Shown: one piece after another, positions 37,979-52,292 of the stretch
How positions within the stretch are numbered: the stretch's first letter is position 1
How the letters are laid out: every line of letters begins with the position of its first letter
Origin: Lingula anatina
Taxonomy: Eukaryota; Animalia; Brachiopoda
Assembly (NCBI GenBank): GCA_051362555.1
Contig: CM120645.1
Span: 6,696,001 to 6,760,000, forward strand
Reading direction: 5' to 3'
DNA: 64,000 nt
The notes under the pieces: generated by a model
What the model was told of the DNA's origin: nothing
Databases searched by the model: none
Seen by the model: only the letters and a program-made list of their open reading frames with translations
Made by a program: the position numbers and the translations under genes

Positions 37979-38631
37979 GCATAATATTATTTGAGTTGAA
38001 TTTATTGATGACATTTATGACTCGTCTGTAGATTTTTACAGAAGCAAACTAAATATGTAATAATAAGAAGAGATATAGAAAAACGCCAATTTAAGTCACA
38101 GACCAAGTCGAGTTCACGGCTTTTATTTTACTAGAATTATATATTTTCTACATTATATATATCAAAAAATTTTATGACAAATATCGCATAATATGTGTTT
38201 AAGATGAAAATGCCAAAGCACTGAGGCATGTTTTAAAAAAATGCAAAACTGCATAATTTTTTCTCCGTCGATTTTTCAAAAAAAGGAGTATTCCTATCAA
38301 TTCCGTACACATGTATTTTATATGCACAGCTTTGTAATCGTTGTAGTTCTTTTTTGCCATTTCGTACTCTGCTTTTATGCTTATTTGATACTGAATATTG
38401 CTCAGCATTGACTTAGTATTAGCACTATTTCACTGTAACATGTGGTGACATAAAAATAATTCTCCTTATTCAGTAGGTTTCCTGTTGTTATTTTGGAACT
38501 GATTTTCTCAAACTTTGACCTATGCCCATGAAAATAGGAATTTATATAGCTATTGAATTTTACGTGGACACTTCATAAATAAATTTATTCCAAATAAACT
38601 TTACCGTAGATTGTCATGATCTACCTGATGA

Positions 38632-38642
38632 TCTCTCTCTCT

Positions 38643-38700
<58 letters not shown>
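38632..38700. repeat. (CT)n microsatellite
   Basis: Direct reading. Confidence 0.95.
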
Positions 38701-38706
<6 letters not shown>

Positions 38707-41700
38707 TACCACATGGACAAGAGGGTTTTTATAAGGCATATATCGATATCAATATTGGAAGCAAGCAGTTGACGGTACTCACTCACAATCTGGAAAATCT
38801 ACAGAGTAATTTTATTCACAATTCCCTGTGGCAAAGACAAATTACGAATTAAAAAGGCAGTAAGAAGGGAACACATTAACTCCTACCTCAGATAACAGCT
38901 TCTACTAAAAACACTTCGTATTTATTTTTCAAATACTTTTTTCGTAGAAGGGTATAAACATTAAAGGTGCTGGAAAGAAATAAACAGATAAAAAATGACT
39001 CATCTATCTATAAAAGATGCTTTTGCCATAAGAAATCAACGACAGTGCAATTTTATCGGCGGTGTAAACGAATCTAAACCGTTCTGACTTTCTGACATAT
39101 CGAAAAAGCAAAGATGATTCTAAGGTTACAAAGATCGAGCGATGCCAGTCATATACATAACCTTTTGTGGTTTTCGTTTCGTAATTCGTAAGAATGATAC
39201 GAAGCGTAGACACAACACACGCAATGGCGGGGAAATTGTCTTAAAAAAAGCAAATGTGCAGTAGCAGACTCAAGGGTTATTTCTGCGAAACCAATTAGTC
39301 TGTAGTACCTGGGTGATCAAAAGCAGAGGCGTTGTACATGTAGCGCCAGTTTGTCGCTAAGATTTTTTAAAATGCTCATCCATTCGAGATCCATTTCGAG
39401 AGAAATTAATATCCAACTGATTACTTCGTAAAGTATTAAAAAATGAAATAAAACGGGCATGATCTTTTATTTTGATTGCCATGATTTGAGCACCTACCGC
39501 TGAATTTAATCACAAATTTTGACATTTTATTTATTTATTTATTTAAAAAACGCATGTTTTCTGGATACAGCATGAGATTATTCGGTATTCAGGTATAATG
39601 ATAAGGCAACATCGAATACAATAGTTTTTAGAAAATGAATTGCAAGTAAAAAAAAATTACTGAATAAAATAGTGCCACAAATAACTTTCCGTCGAGATCC
39701 TCTGTTCTAGGGTTGACCCCTATACGTGTGATGCTATGGGCAAAATATGGCACCGATGTAAACAATGCTGCTCTCTTTGGATTTATTTAGCAAATCCACA
39801 AACGTTTACATATGAAGAATTGCAATCTTGGTTGAAAGGATTTTGATATCAGCGCGTCACCAACTGTCAGGCGGCTCGTCCCAGTGTGCGTGTCACGCTG
39901 CCTCTCTGGTTTTGGCGACCGGGTTACGTTGGATTCGCGTGCAGACCGACCAAAGAGGTCCAACCATAAGGAGAATATGACGGTGATAGCCTTGATTGCC
40001 CTATCGATTAATAGTAATTACGCCGCCTAGAACTTCACACTAATTGTCCTAATCAAAATGTCATGGCTGCTCCGCTGCCATGTACAGTATAGTAATAGCG
40101 TTCATTTTTGTTTTGTATTGTACTCTAATTGTCGCTCGCGCCCGTCACCAAAGGAAAGGAATACCCGTTGTGCGCAACGTGTTCGCGACGAAACTGTGTG
40201 GGTCTGGATAAAAATACTAGCGTGCTGCGGTTAAAGTAGAAGTGGCAACATCGGATGTGATCCCTTTCAAGGCGTTTAAATCATTGATTTTTTCACCCGT
40301 GAAGAACTTTGCTTTTGTCACCTTTGTAAGCGCGGCTCTTGCTAGATCAGCTGTAACTCTCTCTAGAGTTTAACCGCATAGACTTCTCTATTTCAGGCGT
40401 GACAATAACTTCACCGAACTGGCATGTTTACCGAGAATGCAACAATATTTGCTAGGGTTTAAGGGAAGTCAAGGTGGTCATGTACACCGTGTTTCGTTAG
40501 GTTATCGGAAACTCACCTCTTTACGCTCAACATGCCTTTGTCAAACGGCAAAGACATGCTGAAAGAGGAGAACCAGGTTTCCAGTGACATTTTAGTCTTT
40601 TGTGGAAATAGAAGATTTGTGAAAAGGGAAAGAGACCTAGAGACGATGGCACGCATTTACTGTCATGGGATTGTTTTTTTCTCCCGCATTTTAGTTTCTT
40701 TTTGTTGGGCTTTTTTTATTATCTTCGTGCTTGTCTTAGTTTTTACTATCATTTTTTTCTCAACCGTCTTTATATTTCTGGTGTTCGGAAAAGCTACACG
40801 TAATACATTCTGAACACCTGAAACAAATAAAATTGCTTTGAAAGAATGCTTACTGTTTGTCCAAAATCAAATTTATCCCCTGTCGTTCATACAGCCCAGG
40901 TGGCACATCGACAGTTGTCACCAAAGTGCTAGGAGTCATCTATAAGTTTCTGCGCGTGAAAAACTGGCGTCACTTTCCATCACACAGTGACACAGTCCTT
41001 CAAAAGTCCTTGAGTCTTCTTTTACATAAATTGCGATCAGTGGTACATGTGTATTTCATCACATAAGTAACGAAAGTAAAGCGAAATCGGCAGAGTACGA
41101 GTGGACTTGGCTGAGTTTCTCGAAACCTACGGGAAATTGAGTCTAACCATCAACGGAATCACAGATTATACACCGCGAAAGAAGCGACTAATTATTAAGC
41201 CACTGAGAAGCAAGAACTGCCAGTGTGCTAATTGCTGATAACGCGTACATCCGTAGACTCGAAGCTCTGTCCTGCAAAGTCAAAGGGTATACGAGTACTT
41301 GTAAGTGCTTATAAACTTGAAAGTGACAGTTCATATGATGTAGGCCTACATGAGCCAGAAAAACGTTCGCAAGGACTTGAAATCTTCATCTTGTGAGACC
41401 TCTAAGATCTCTCTCTCTTTGAACTGAGCCATCGCGTATAGTAGTAACATAAAAGCAAACTTTAGTCTGTTTAGAGACCACACAAAAAAATCTAAAAGTA
41501 GTCCACGTAAGTGATGAGATGATTGACCTGTTGTGCAAAATAAAAGAAATTGGCTATGGTATTACACCTAGGATTAATGGGTTCAAAATCAGACTGGTAT
41601 CTACTTGCCTTAAGTTGACTGCTATTATACAGAATTTTCTTTGGATTGCGGCAGACCAAATGTTTTTTAACATTAAAATCTTTAAGCTGAGGCTGACTTC

Positions 41701-42516
41701 TGGCTTGAGATCTTTTGTGAAATTACCCTTGGAGTCCCAGGTGTATTGAAACGGCCAACACTGCTAAGACAATTACCACAAAAGGCAACCGGAATATCTG
41801 ATACCGGAGATCGGATTCAAGTGGGTCATCGCTGACCTTTATGCCATATTTTTTCTCACTGCCCCCCCCCTCTGTAACTTTCTAATGCCAATGTGTCTAC
41901 TATGCTTTCCGAAGAAGATGGAAGACACGTCGCAAAAACATTGTGAATCTCCATATTGCTATTTTCCTAATTTCGCAGTAAAAGGGTAAGCGAACCAATT
42001 AATCGAGACATCCCAGAGGCTTCTGTCGCTCTTTTATGGATTTTCCGTCGTCGTAAATTGATCATGGTACATGCTCGAAAACATTTTTAATCTTGCAAAA
42101 ATGTTTTCAATTTTGTTCGTGTTTAATAACGGTCGGTTAGATCATGTAAGTTTTGCTTGTGTGTGTGTGTGCGTGCGTGCGTGTGTGTGTGTGTGAGTGT
42201 GTTTGCGTGCGTGCGGGAAAGGGGTATGGGTGCGCCCCAAAAGCTTGTTTATACAGTACTGGGGGGAAGGCATGAGGAGTCTTCGCTAATCAACCTTGAA
42301 TTATCACTCACATTGATCTGTTTTTGTTGAATTATTTCACTTGCTCAGATGAAATATTTAACAAAGATTAAAATAAGATAAAATACGTTTCCCCGTAATT
42401 GTAGCTAATTTCCTGGTTTCTTTTTTATAGTTACCGTCCTTTTCAGCGGTGTTTACCACGACGCAACAAATATGCAATGTAAATAAAATTGAGAACGCAA
42501 TTTGAATGAAAAAAGC

Positions 42517-42574
<58 letters not shown>
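42517..42574. repeat. (AAT)n microsatellite
   Basis: Direct reading; explains the poly-L and poly-I ORFs. Confidence 0.95.
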
Positions 42575-45500
42575 CTTCCCATTAGTTTTTACATGATTTC
42601 CGCCGATACCAAATCTGGCATGGCTTCTATGTTGACAAATAGATACAAGTTCGCGTGGCAGGAATAGCTTTCTCACCTATTTCCCTTGTTAATTTATATG
42701 TCAACTCTCTAAACCGCCAAGACTGATGGCGAAGATTTAATTTATTTGGTTCCGAGGACAATGTCCATTTTCCTCTTTTCATTTGCTTGCCTCGAGACCA
42801 TAGATCAGCCGTCCAACCAATGTGCAAAATGCAACAAAATGCCGAGTTTTGAACGACAATGGCTGATCACTTGGGTATCTCTTTTTGAAATATTCATGAC
42901 AAGGTGATTAAGACGACTGTTTTCCAGAGCTTCTGCCTGGAATTGTCAGTTACATGATCCATCCCTGGGGACGAACCATTCTGCAAAAAGAGCGGATCCC
43001 AAAACATCATCCGACAGCCGACTTATCAAAATGCGCATTTTACTAGTTCATTTAGGTGATCAATTGTTTAGCTTTGTTAACAATGTGCTCCAACAAACCG
43101 TTGACACAGAATAATCCGTTCACTCTAATGTGCACTTAATATCCAGTATATGTAGCAGCACTCTTTAGATGAATTTGCTAATTAGTTTTTTGAAATATCA
43201 TCGCGGTAAGGGTGTCATTTCAGCAAGCTACTTTTAGAAGAAATAATTTGAATTCTTTTTTCTACCTTGGTAATGAAGTATGAAAGAACAGCATATTTGA
43301 ATAAGGCTGATCTTGCTAAAGATGTTGCCGATTATATGGAGAGAGAGAGAGAGAGAGTAAAACCTAATTTTCTAATTGCAGGGAAAGTTTGCAATTTTAA
43401 AATGATTTCTTCCTACAAGCACTTGTTATCTTCTCAATGAAACACATGCTCCCAGGTTTTTCCAAACACGACTAACTTGCAATTGTTATATATCAATGTA
43501 AGATGAAATTTTTACACTCGAAGCGGTGGCGCAGATTGCATGGGGAGTTTAATCTATATATCCTCTCGACTGTTTTGGAGTCCTTCTGCAGACGATCTGA
43601 TCATCACGGATGCACCCACTTGTTCAGGCGGCATGGCTGCAGGAGCCGCATACGCTGCGGAAGAAGAGAGGAACTCGATGCCGTGCGTGTCACTTGTGCA
43701 TCATGACAACCCACACAGCACGGCAATTTCTTGTAGTTCAAGAGCTCTGAGTGGATTGTTAGCTTTTGTGTTTGTCATCGTTGCAAAGCAGTAGGGCATT
43801 GTGTATCCTTTTTTTTCACCGGGGTCATCCCATTCCATGTGTTGGCTAGCAACTGAACGCACGTTGGACTTCGCTATAATGACCGCACTCCTGGTGTCCC
43901 TTATTCGCTGAGTGATCATGCGGTTTACATCGATTTCCTAAGATATACCCGTGTACTGCAAGTGAACAGAAATACGTGGAAATGTGCATCGGGGAAGACA
44001 ATAAAAAAGGAACACGGAGAAAATCAATTTTATCAATTTGTTTCAGATGAATCCAGGTCTCTCAAGTATGCTCCAATTTCTAGAAGAAAAGCTGAAACAA
44101 AAGTTGCTATATTTCCAATTTATCAAATTTCCGCCACGAATGCAGTTAACGTTGGCTTTTTTCACGCAATTCAGTTGCACTTACTCGTGGAATTCACGCT
44201 CCAGCGAGCGGCATTTACGCCCCATCGAATTTTATGACCCGATTCTACCGTGAGCCCCAACACTTAGATCCTGTGAGACTCTTGAGACTGTTTTGAATTT
44301 ACTGAATAATTGCTGTTGTCAAATGGCAAAATGTCTTAAAATACATTCATTCGATCTGTTCATCTGTGAAAACAAGCATGACAGATTATTCCGTTTTATT
44401 GTCCGGGCTGTACGTGAGATATCCGTAGCAGAACACGTGAAGCGTGGCGACAGATCGGGCAGAAATAAACGGAGCGAAGACGGCGGAACAAAGACTTCAA
44501 AACCAGGGAAAAAGATCGGAACCTTTGCAGATGGGACGTGGCGCTCGGTGCGTTTTCCACCTAGAGACTAAAGAATAAAGCACCCCGAAAGCCTTTTCTT
44601 CCCACCAAAAAACAATTCCGCACAAAAAGAGAGAGAAATGTGGAGACCGTTGTGAGGCGTAAAATGATAATTAATCAGTTCAATATTGTTAGAAGCAGTT
44701 CTAAAAAACAGTTGGGAATAGGCACTATATTTGTCATGCGATGTGACATTATGGACGGGTGTTTAGGGGCATTGGTGACATTTCATCGCTTTCTTTTAGT
44801 CGGGAAAGATATAACAAAGAAACACACATCAAGCCATAAACAAGTGGCACTTTGATGGATTAAGTCCCGTTGGTTTTATGTATTCGTAACGGCAGGTGAA
44901 ATGTGATTGTGCTGTTTTGAAAATGTTTCATACATGTACTACTCCAATATTCTAACTCATTTTATTAATGCTTCCTCTTTTTTCCACTTTTCAAATGAAT
45001 ACCCAATAGTTCATTTTAAAAAAATCTGATATACCATGCCCCCAGGTCATGTACTATTATGGTCGAACTCGATTAACAGTGTCTTTCGTGTTATCATATT
45101 CATCCAGGTGCTTTGCGTTTTCAATACTCAAACCAATGAGATTTCTGCACTTGCAAGCTTTAGCCTTTTCTTACCCCGAGTGTCAAAACTTGCGTGCAAA
45201 ACGAACAACCGCGCGAAGTTTAGAAAACGTCTTGCTATATCAAATTACCAGAATTTTACGCGCGTTTGGTCACGGCAAAGAAGCAGTGGATACATTTGAA
45301 CAATAGCTGCGTGGCCGACTGCATTTTCGTGTTAGAAAAAGTAATGGGGAGATACAGAATATGCCAGGGAATGTAACGAGGAGGGGAGGAAAGGGTACAT
45401 GTACTTCCCCAGGGAATGTGAAAGGTAGAACGCCCTTTGGCATCGTTTTTCTATTTCGCCAATTTTCTGCTCCGTTGTGTGGGGATGCATGTGTGAAGTT

Positions 45501-46280
45501 GATGTCGTGTCATTATCCCCTCATTTTGTAACTTCGTATCATATTTTATCAAATGACAGCTTTTAGACTTATTTCTCATTTATTTTTGATAAAAGATCGA
45601 GCTTCATTGTTTGCATTTGATGTCAATGATTTTTTTATGTGTACTGGTATGTGCCACCGTAGCCCCCCTTCTCCCTCTCCACCCCCCTCCCACACACACA
45701 CACACTTAGCGATTGTCATTCTCCATCTTCTTCTGATAGCTCAGATCGTTAGCTCCCATTTTTCTGCTAGTTTGCCATTAAACTGGTGGTGGGTGTGAGT
45801 ATCAAAGCCGTTGTCATGGCAACAAAAAGGTGAAAATTGAAATTTCCCAGACAAAGAAAAATGTTATATATATGCCAAATATATATAAACTTAGTTTGGT
45901 GCATATATATATACTTACATGTATAACAAAAACTGAATCGACGACAGAAAACGAAGTTAAACGAATGACGAAAAAAAACAAACAACTTTTCTATATAGAT
46001 TACACACTGAATCCAGTTATTTTAACAACAAATTCAAATGTGATAAAATCAAAATTTGACATAAACTTAGTTGTATTATACGAACAATGAATCCAATTAC
46101 TGATGCACTGTTATTGTAATTTACAATATAATACACTCACAAACGTAATTTATTCAACAATGCTTGCCAACAGAATGCTTCGACAAAAACGGATTTTCGA
46201 GGAACTACCTAAACATGAACTGAATTTACTGACTTACACTAGCTGTGCGTCATACGTTAAACGTTTCTGTTCAAACGTTA

Positions 46281-46797
46281 AACCCCCTTTACACTGGTCG
46301 CCTACCTTTCTGCGTCCTTTGTGCGATCAAAACTGTGGTCGTAGAAAGGAGGCACAAACTTTGGTTGAAGAATGAATGGTCAATGATAGGACAGTTGTCG
46401 GGACGTTAAAGGGATAATAACTCTTCGTTTTGGCCAAAAAATGAATTTTCCTGGAGTAAACAACAATTTTCCCATACTTACCAATGGTTAATGAATCCAT
46501 TTTTACATTCAAAGTTAGTCCCTGTTTTTTTTCTAAAAAGTTTGTTTTTTTGTTAAAATCTCTTAAGAGATTATAACAGAGTATAGCCATCAATGGAGGT
46601 AGCGTGCTCTGGAGACAAGCTAAGATATCAGAATAATAGCTATAACTGCCGTTTTTACAACAGAATATATTTTATTTCTATGAGTTGTTCACAATGTTTT
46701 TAATGTGAAATATAGATATCATACGAAGAGTTATTATCCCTTTAAGTTTTTTTTCTCTCAAACTGGGACGTACTACAGGACGCAGAAAGGACGCTTT
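46281..46797 (-). mobile_element. Degenerate Harbinger/Tourist-like MITE, inverted relative to 50306-50532 and interrupted by the TTAA MITE
   Basis: Left end ccccctttacactgg..ttctgcgtcctttgtg. The right part ctctcaaactgggacgtactacaggacgcagaaaggacgc is the reverse complement of about 50325-50365. Confidence 0.65.
46410..46741. mobile_element. Kolobok-like MITE with 19-bp TIR AGGGATAATAACTCTTCGT and TTAA TSD
   Basis: TTAA|agggataataactcttcgt ... acgaagagttattatccct|TTAA. Confidence 0.85.
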
Positions 46798-48422
46798 GCT
46801 ACACGAGGACGGGAGCCCTAGACTGAGATAGACGCACAGTTCACAGGAGAGGGGTGATTCTGGACTCGCAGAAAAATGCACCATATCGGAGATGTCACGG
46901 GACAAACTGGAGAGACGGTAAGAGAAAGATTAAAAGAAGTTTGAAGTTCGAAAAATAAACTGTGGTAAAATTTGAACAACGAACAGAATAACGTGGGGGC
47001 AAAAACTCCTCCAAAAAGATGTTGAGTCAAGCGTAGGCAGAAGATTCTTTAAGACAAACAATGCGTTTTTGATATTTATATATAAACGCCTTAAATGAAT
47101 TTTCTTGGACATTTTAAGATGTTCTTCTCAATTACTGGGGTATACCATATTCCAAACCGTACAATGAATTATGATCCATAGAAAGTTCAGAGTTAAAACT
47201 TCCAAGATTTTTCAGTCCCTCTCTCAATGAAGACAGCGACTGGCGAATATCTCTGATGGTGATTGCAACAGAACATAGTTATGTGGCGGTGTACCCTCGA
47301 TTTTCAAGTGCGGTTGGTGAGATAATTTTTACTGTGTTATTCTCTACGCCAGACTTCCATCAATAACAAAAAACAGCAACACGAAAAAAATATTCAAAGA
47401 CCGTGGCTCTTAGGTCTTACTCTTTGAAAAAAAAAAACGAGAGATTAAGTTTAAAAATCTACAATCATAACCATATAATCATGTACCGATAGACTTGGGA
47501 TTATAAAGATTCCAATAGCTACATGTAAATGTTTTTAAAATGCAGAAAGGAGGGTTTCATAAAAATTGAAACTAAGGGAGCCACGCACTCAAAGAATGTT
47601 GCAATATATATATGTATTTTGTAGAAGGATGTCTTCCTGGTTCAAAGTTTGAGAACACTTAGGTTTACATTCCTTTTGTTATTCAAAATATTTTGTTTTG
47701 TGAAAGGCACTTTTTTGTGAGGCCACCATTGAAAGCCTTGTTTAACAGCCTTGTCAGCATTTTTCATGACTCAAACTAAAAAATAGAAACTCTAAATTGT
47801 TGTCCATATGTACTACATGTAGTGCACGTATGTATAGTTTTGCATGGACGTATATGCAACATACTGCCATGGTAAGTTTTTTGCAATAAGATGTTTACTT
47901 GCAAATGCAATGCTCTACAACATAGCAAATGTCTGTAATTTTGAAAGAACTCTGACTCGCAGATGTTGCCTTTTTTAAAAAATATATCCGTAAAGCGTGC
48001 ATTCAGCTCCAAAAGAACAGTTCTTTCTGCCATACAACAAACGAATCACGTACCTAAAAAAAAAGAACCCCATACTTCAATTCATCATTAAAACTATCCA
48101 CGAAATGTCACACGTGTGATTCATTCCCCAAACAATGCAGCAACTGCAGGAAATTTCATTTGAGAACTAAAAATAGTAGTCAATAAATGCTTTTCAATTT
48201 ATTTTTCTGACTTTCACAACTTGGCCTGTACTTATGAAAAGGATACACAGTTGTTTTTGGGAATTAAATGGCAAGATTTTAATCAAGTGTCACTTCCTGG
48301 TTAAACAAATAAATAGTGCTTGCATGTGCCTACACATCAACTCACGAAAGCCGATTTCCACGCACCCACAGACTCTTCTGACAGAACCTCTGCAGCTTTG
48401 AAAAAGAGCATCCACCATTGCC

Positions 48423-51210
48423 ATGAAGCAGAGAAGTACTTTCGTTCTCTTTGTTTGCATTTTTCTTTTGGTTTGCGATATCGATTGTAGACCGGATGAG
48501 AAAGATACAGAGGAGGAAGGTAGCAGTGCCAAAGACGGGTTAATTCTCCCCGAGCATGAGCATAGACTAGAAGTACGGTGAAATTAAACACATTCTTTAA
48601 AAAAAATTGTTTATTTATCAAATTGGGCAGAAAAACGCATCAATAAGTCAATCTTTTCAAAACACAAAAAAAGTGAATGAATCTGCTATTTTTGTTTGGA
48701 TTTAAAACGCACGTTGTAACTTTTTAATAAAAAAAAAACTTGAGGTGAGGCACTATGTGTAGGATGAGTAGAGAAGGGGGAGGGGACGGGGGCAGAGGAC
48801 CTGAAAGAAAACATGTTTAGGTACGCCCCAACCCATACTGTCCACCAAAGAGAGAGACAACACACTAGGCCTACGGAGTCCTGTTTTCTTTTCTGGGATA
48901 GTTGGGGAGCTAAAAAGTGAGAGTTTAAATTTTCAAGTCTCCTCCTACCTTCTTGACATCTTGAATTGGCTAGCTTATAAACTGCTATATTGGATGATAT
49001 TTTAATATATGCATATGAAAGAAGTCACGAACAAAATATATATTGTTTTTAATACACAAAATTAATTGCCCGATTTTTTTATTTATCTTTATGTGTATTG
49101 AACAAAATATATATTGTTTTTCTTTAAAAAATAATGATAATTATTTTTCAGAAAGAAGCCGATCAGCTCCACGGAAAAGAAAAAGAGGACAAAATGAAGC
49201 ACACGTCTGATTCCCATGAGCACATAAGACAAAGACGCCAAGCCAATGTAACAAACCAGGTGCCTCAATCACCACAGACAGGTTGGGGACCATCTAATTT
49301 AGCTGTGTACAACACATTGAGTCAATCAACCCATGACACATCTGACACAATGACACATCTGACACCATGCCAGTCCAATCAAATCAGAAATCACAGGCTC
49401 AATTACAATCACGCCACTATACTAGCTGACACATCTGTAAACTGCATTTATTTGAATTCAACATAAATTTAATTCCTTATTTATTTATTCATTTATTTAT
49501 TTATTTTTATTTATTATTTTTTTTTTTTGGGGGGGGGGGGAGGTAAACGTGATCAGTATTCCGATTGTACTAAGGACGATTGCTTGAAATACGATACAAC
49601 TATATGTCTGCCTTACAGGGATTGCAGGTGGCACCACCTATATCAGATGGGGGAGAACAAGTTGTCCAGAAGGAACACATCTCATCTACAATGGCAAGTA
49701 TTTGTATCAATTTGCTTGTTAACAATTAGTTGACATTCTTAATCACCCTTTGCAAAATATCAGGGCTCTTCAGTTGCTGCAAATTTCCAAAACGGGGCTT
49801 TACTATATAAATGGGGTCTGTTGCAATTTGAAAGGATATGAAGTTCTTGCAAATTTGCAGCAAATTTGCATCAACAAATTTTGCTGCATACTCCTGCAAA
49901 CTCCTTGAGACTGTTTTCCGTAAACTGTATAGTTCGCAGTAAATTTGCAGCAATCTTTTCATTTTTAGGGTAGGTGTCCCTTTACAGGTTTTCACACATT
50001 GAATCCCATTCTAACAATTTGTCACATTGTGTTTACGCTGAAATTCTTAAGCTATAGATATGACACCATGTATGAGGATCCCACATTTTATGTATATGTG
50101 TGGTCTATCCCAACCTACCCCCTATCGCGAACCGCATGTTTATGAACAAGCTTGGACATAATAACGATTTTTGGTACATGAAACAAGGTAGTGATGGCAG
50201 CCCTAGCGCAATCCGCATGTTAGACTGGGTTCCCATACCTAGATCGGTCTAACAAGATCGATCCATCTCCAAGGTTTTCTTTTCGCTAAATTTCTTTCAG
50301 CTCAAAGCCCCCTTTACACTGTACGGCGTCCTTTCTGCGTCCTGTAGTACGGTCCCGTTTGAGAGTAAAAAAATAATAATAATTTACGTGCCGAAAACTG
50401 GCCGATCATTAAGCATTCATTCTGCAACCAAAGCAATTGATGATTGTGCCTCCTTATTACGACCACAGTGATGCCAGTTTCATCTATCTCACAAAGGACG
50501 CAAAAAGGAATCCGTCCAGTGTAAAGGGGGCTTAAGCGGCTTAGATGTCTGGCACGCCTACTGAAGCTGCTAAACGTTGATTTTATTTAAAATTACCCTC
50601 TAGCAGCTTCAGTAGGAGTGACAGTTAAAGTATATCTGTCCCAATGATTTCATCAATGGTAATATGTTTTAAGAGTTGGAATATTTAGTTTATAGACATG
50701 GATTTCTTCATTATAGGCATCCCTGCTGGGTCCTGGTATAAACACACTGGCAGTGGTAGCAACTATCTCTGCCTGCCACACCACCCTGTATGGGGTAATC
50801 ACAATGATGGCTTTCAGTCACATTCCTACATATACGGCGTTGAGATGCAGTTGGACAGCAATGACCCCTTCCTGAAGACAAACACTCCCGAAACAGCAAG
50901 ACTGAACCAGGAGACCGCAGTCTGTGCTTTGTGTTACGTCCCCACACGCGCGACCACAGTGATGATTCCCGCCATGAAAGCGTGTCCAGTTGGCTGGACC
51001 AAAGAGTACAATGGGTACATTATGTCTGACCATCACGGTAACCACAGGTCCGAGTACGTATGTGTGGACGAGGCCCCCGAAGTTAACGAAGGAGGGGAAG
51101 GGGATCAGAATGGGGCCTTGTGGTATGTCGTGGAAAGTGGCTGCGGTACTCTCCCCTGTCCTAACTATGTATCTGGAAGAGAACTCACGTGTGTTGTCTG
51201 TACTAAGTGA
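48423..51210 (+). CDS. Secreted short-chain collagen C4-domain (spongin-like NC1) protein lacking Gly-X-Y repeats
   Basis: Exons 48423-48572 (signal peptide MKQRSTFVLFVCIFLLVCDIDC plus an acidic segment), 49152-49281 (..HIRQRRQA..), 49619-49693 (GGTTYIRWGRTSCPEGTHLIYNG) and 50717-51210 (AGSWY..GSGSNYLCLP..IYGVE..CALC..MIPAMKACPVGWTKEYNGYIMS..EYVCVD..VESGCGTLPCPNY..ELTCVVCTK*). The exon 2 donor is the least certain boundary. Confidence 0.85.
50306..50532. mobile_element. PIF/Harbinger-like MITE with TIR AGCCCCCTTTACACTG
   Basis: 16-bp perfect TIR, sub-terminal cct..tgcgtcct/aggacgca..agg repeats, flanks CAA and TAA (TWA-type 3-bp TSD with one change). Confidence 0.8.
50549..50624. repeat. Short inverted repeat (24-bp arms, 2 mismatches), probable MITE remnant
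   Basis: ctggcacgcctactgaagctgcta ... tagcagcttcagtaggagtgacag. Confidence 0.7.
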
Positions 51211-52292
51211 TCAGTGACTGCTCACATGTTTATGCTCGCAGCTTGAACAGTAATAATCAGGACTACATACCTGATTTATTTTAAAGCATTTTACAGGGTA
51301 CATGTTGTACTGACTATCTACACGATTCACGTGTAAGAAATTTACAATGCCAACAGAATGGTTCTCCACATGCAGAATCTTCCCCCAACTAGAATAAATG
51401 TTTTAAAAATGTGTTAGGTGTGAACATCTACAGGTAGTATTAAGTTTTGAGATGTGTCAGATTTAGTAAAGAAAAAAATCGTTATTTGTGACTATTTATG
51501 TAGTGAAACATTATTAAATTTGTCAGTTTAGATTGTGAAGAAAATAAAACTGCGAACATCATATTGAATACAGGTTTGTTTTCTAATTCACAAAAATAAA
51601 AAAGTTTGTTTTTTAATGTTTTTGTGAATGTATAAATCAACACTGAACACATATTGTGATAAAAAAGACTGTTGAAATACCATCTATTTACTGAAAAAAT
51701 TATAAACGTACTTTGCAATGGATTCATGCTATAATATATAAGGAGACTCGGGAGATTTTTTCCGGGGTCACGATGGCTTCCGTATCAAAACAAAGGTTGT
51801 CTAGAAATAGAACCAAAAGGCTTGCTTCACGTTGTTTACGGCAGTCACATTGTTGACACTGGAACAAAAGACCCGCGAAAACTGCGCAAGGTTGCATGAA
51901 ACAAGAGCGCCCAGGGCATAATAAAAACGCCACTGAACTATTTGAAAAGGTCACATTGGCTAAAGTACACCGGGGCTAAGCATCCGTTATAAAGTAGGTT
52001 ACTTCCTCGACCATGGGATCTTAATCTCCCAACTTACGATTAACTCGATCCAAAAGTTTACATACTTCAGCCAAAGTAGGTCAGAGACGTAGAAAGAGAT
52101 GAGTAAGACGATCCTTCAGTGAATAAGAGGGACCAGGAGTTTAGAATATCCGGCACTATAACACGGTTATTAGGAGTGTCGAGAGCATCGTATTGGTGCT
52201 GTCATTTGCGCTGTGTGTAATCATTTACCAACAAAACTGAGAAAGGGTTGGAGAGAGAAGGAGAGCCCAAGGGACGTTCGTACCAAGACGCC

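Noticed and set aside
10347-42676. ORFs with HTHT, CVCV, ERER, LSLS, poly-L or poly-I runs
   Set aside because: Translations of microsatellites.
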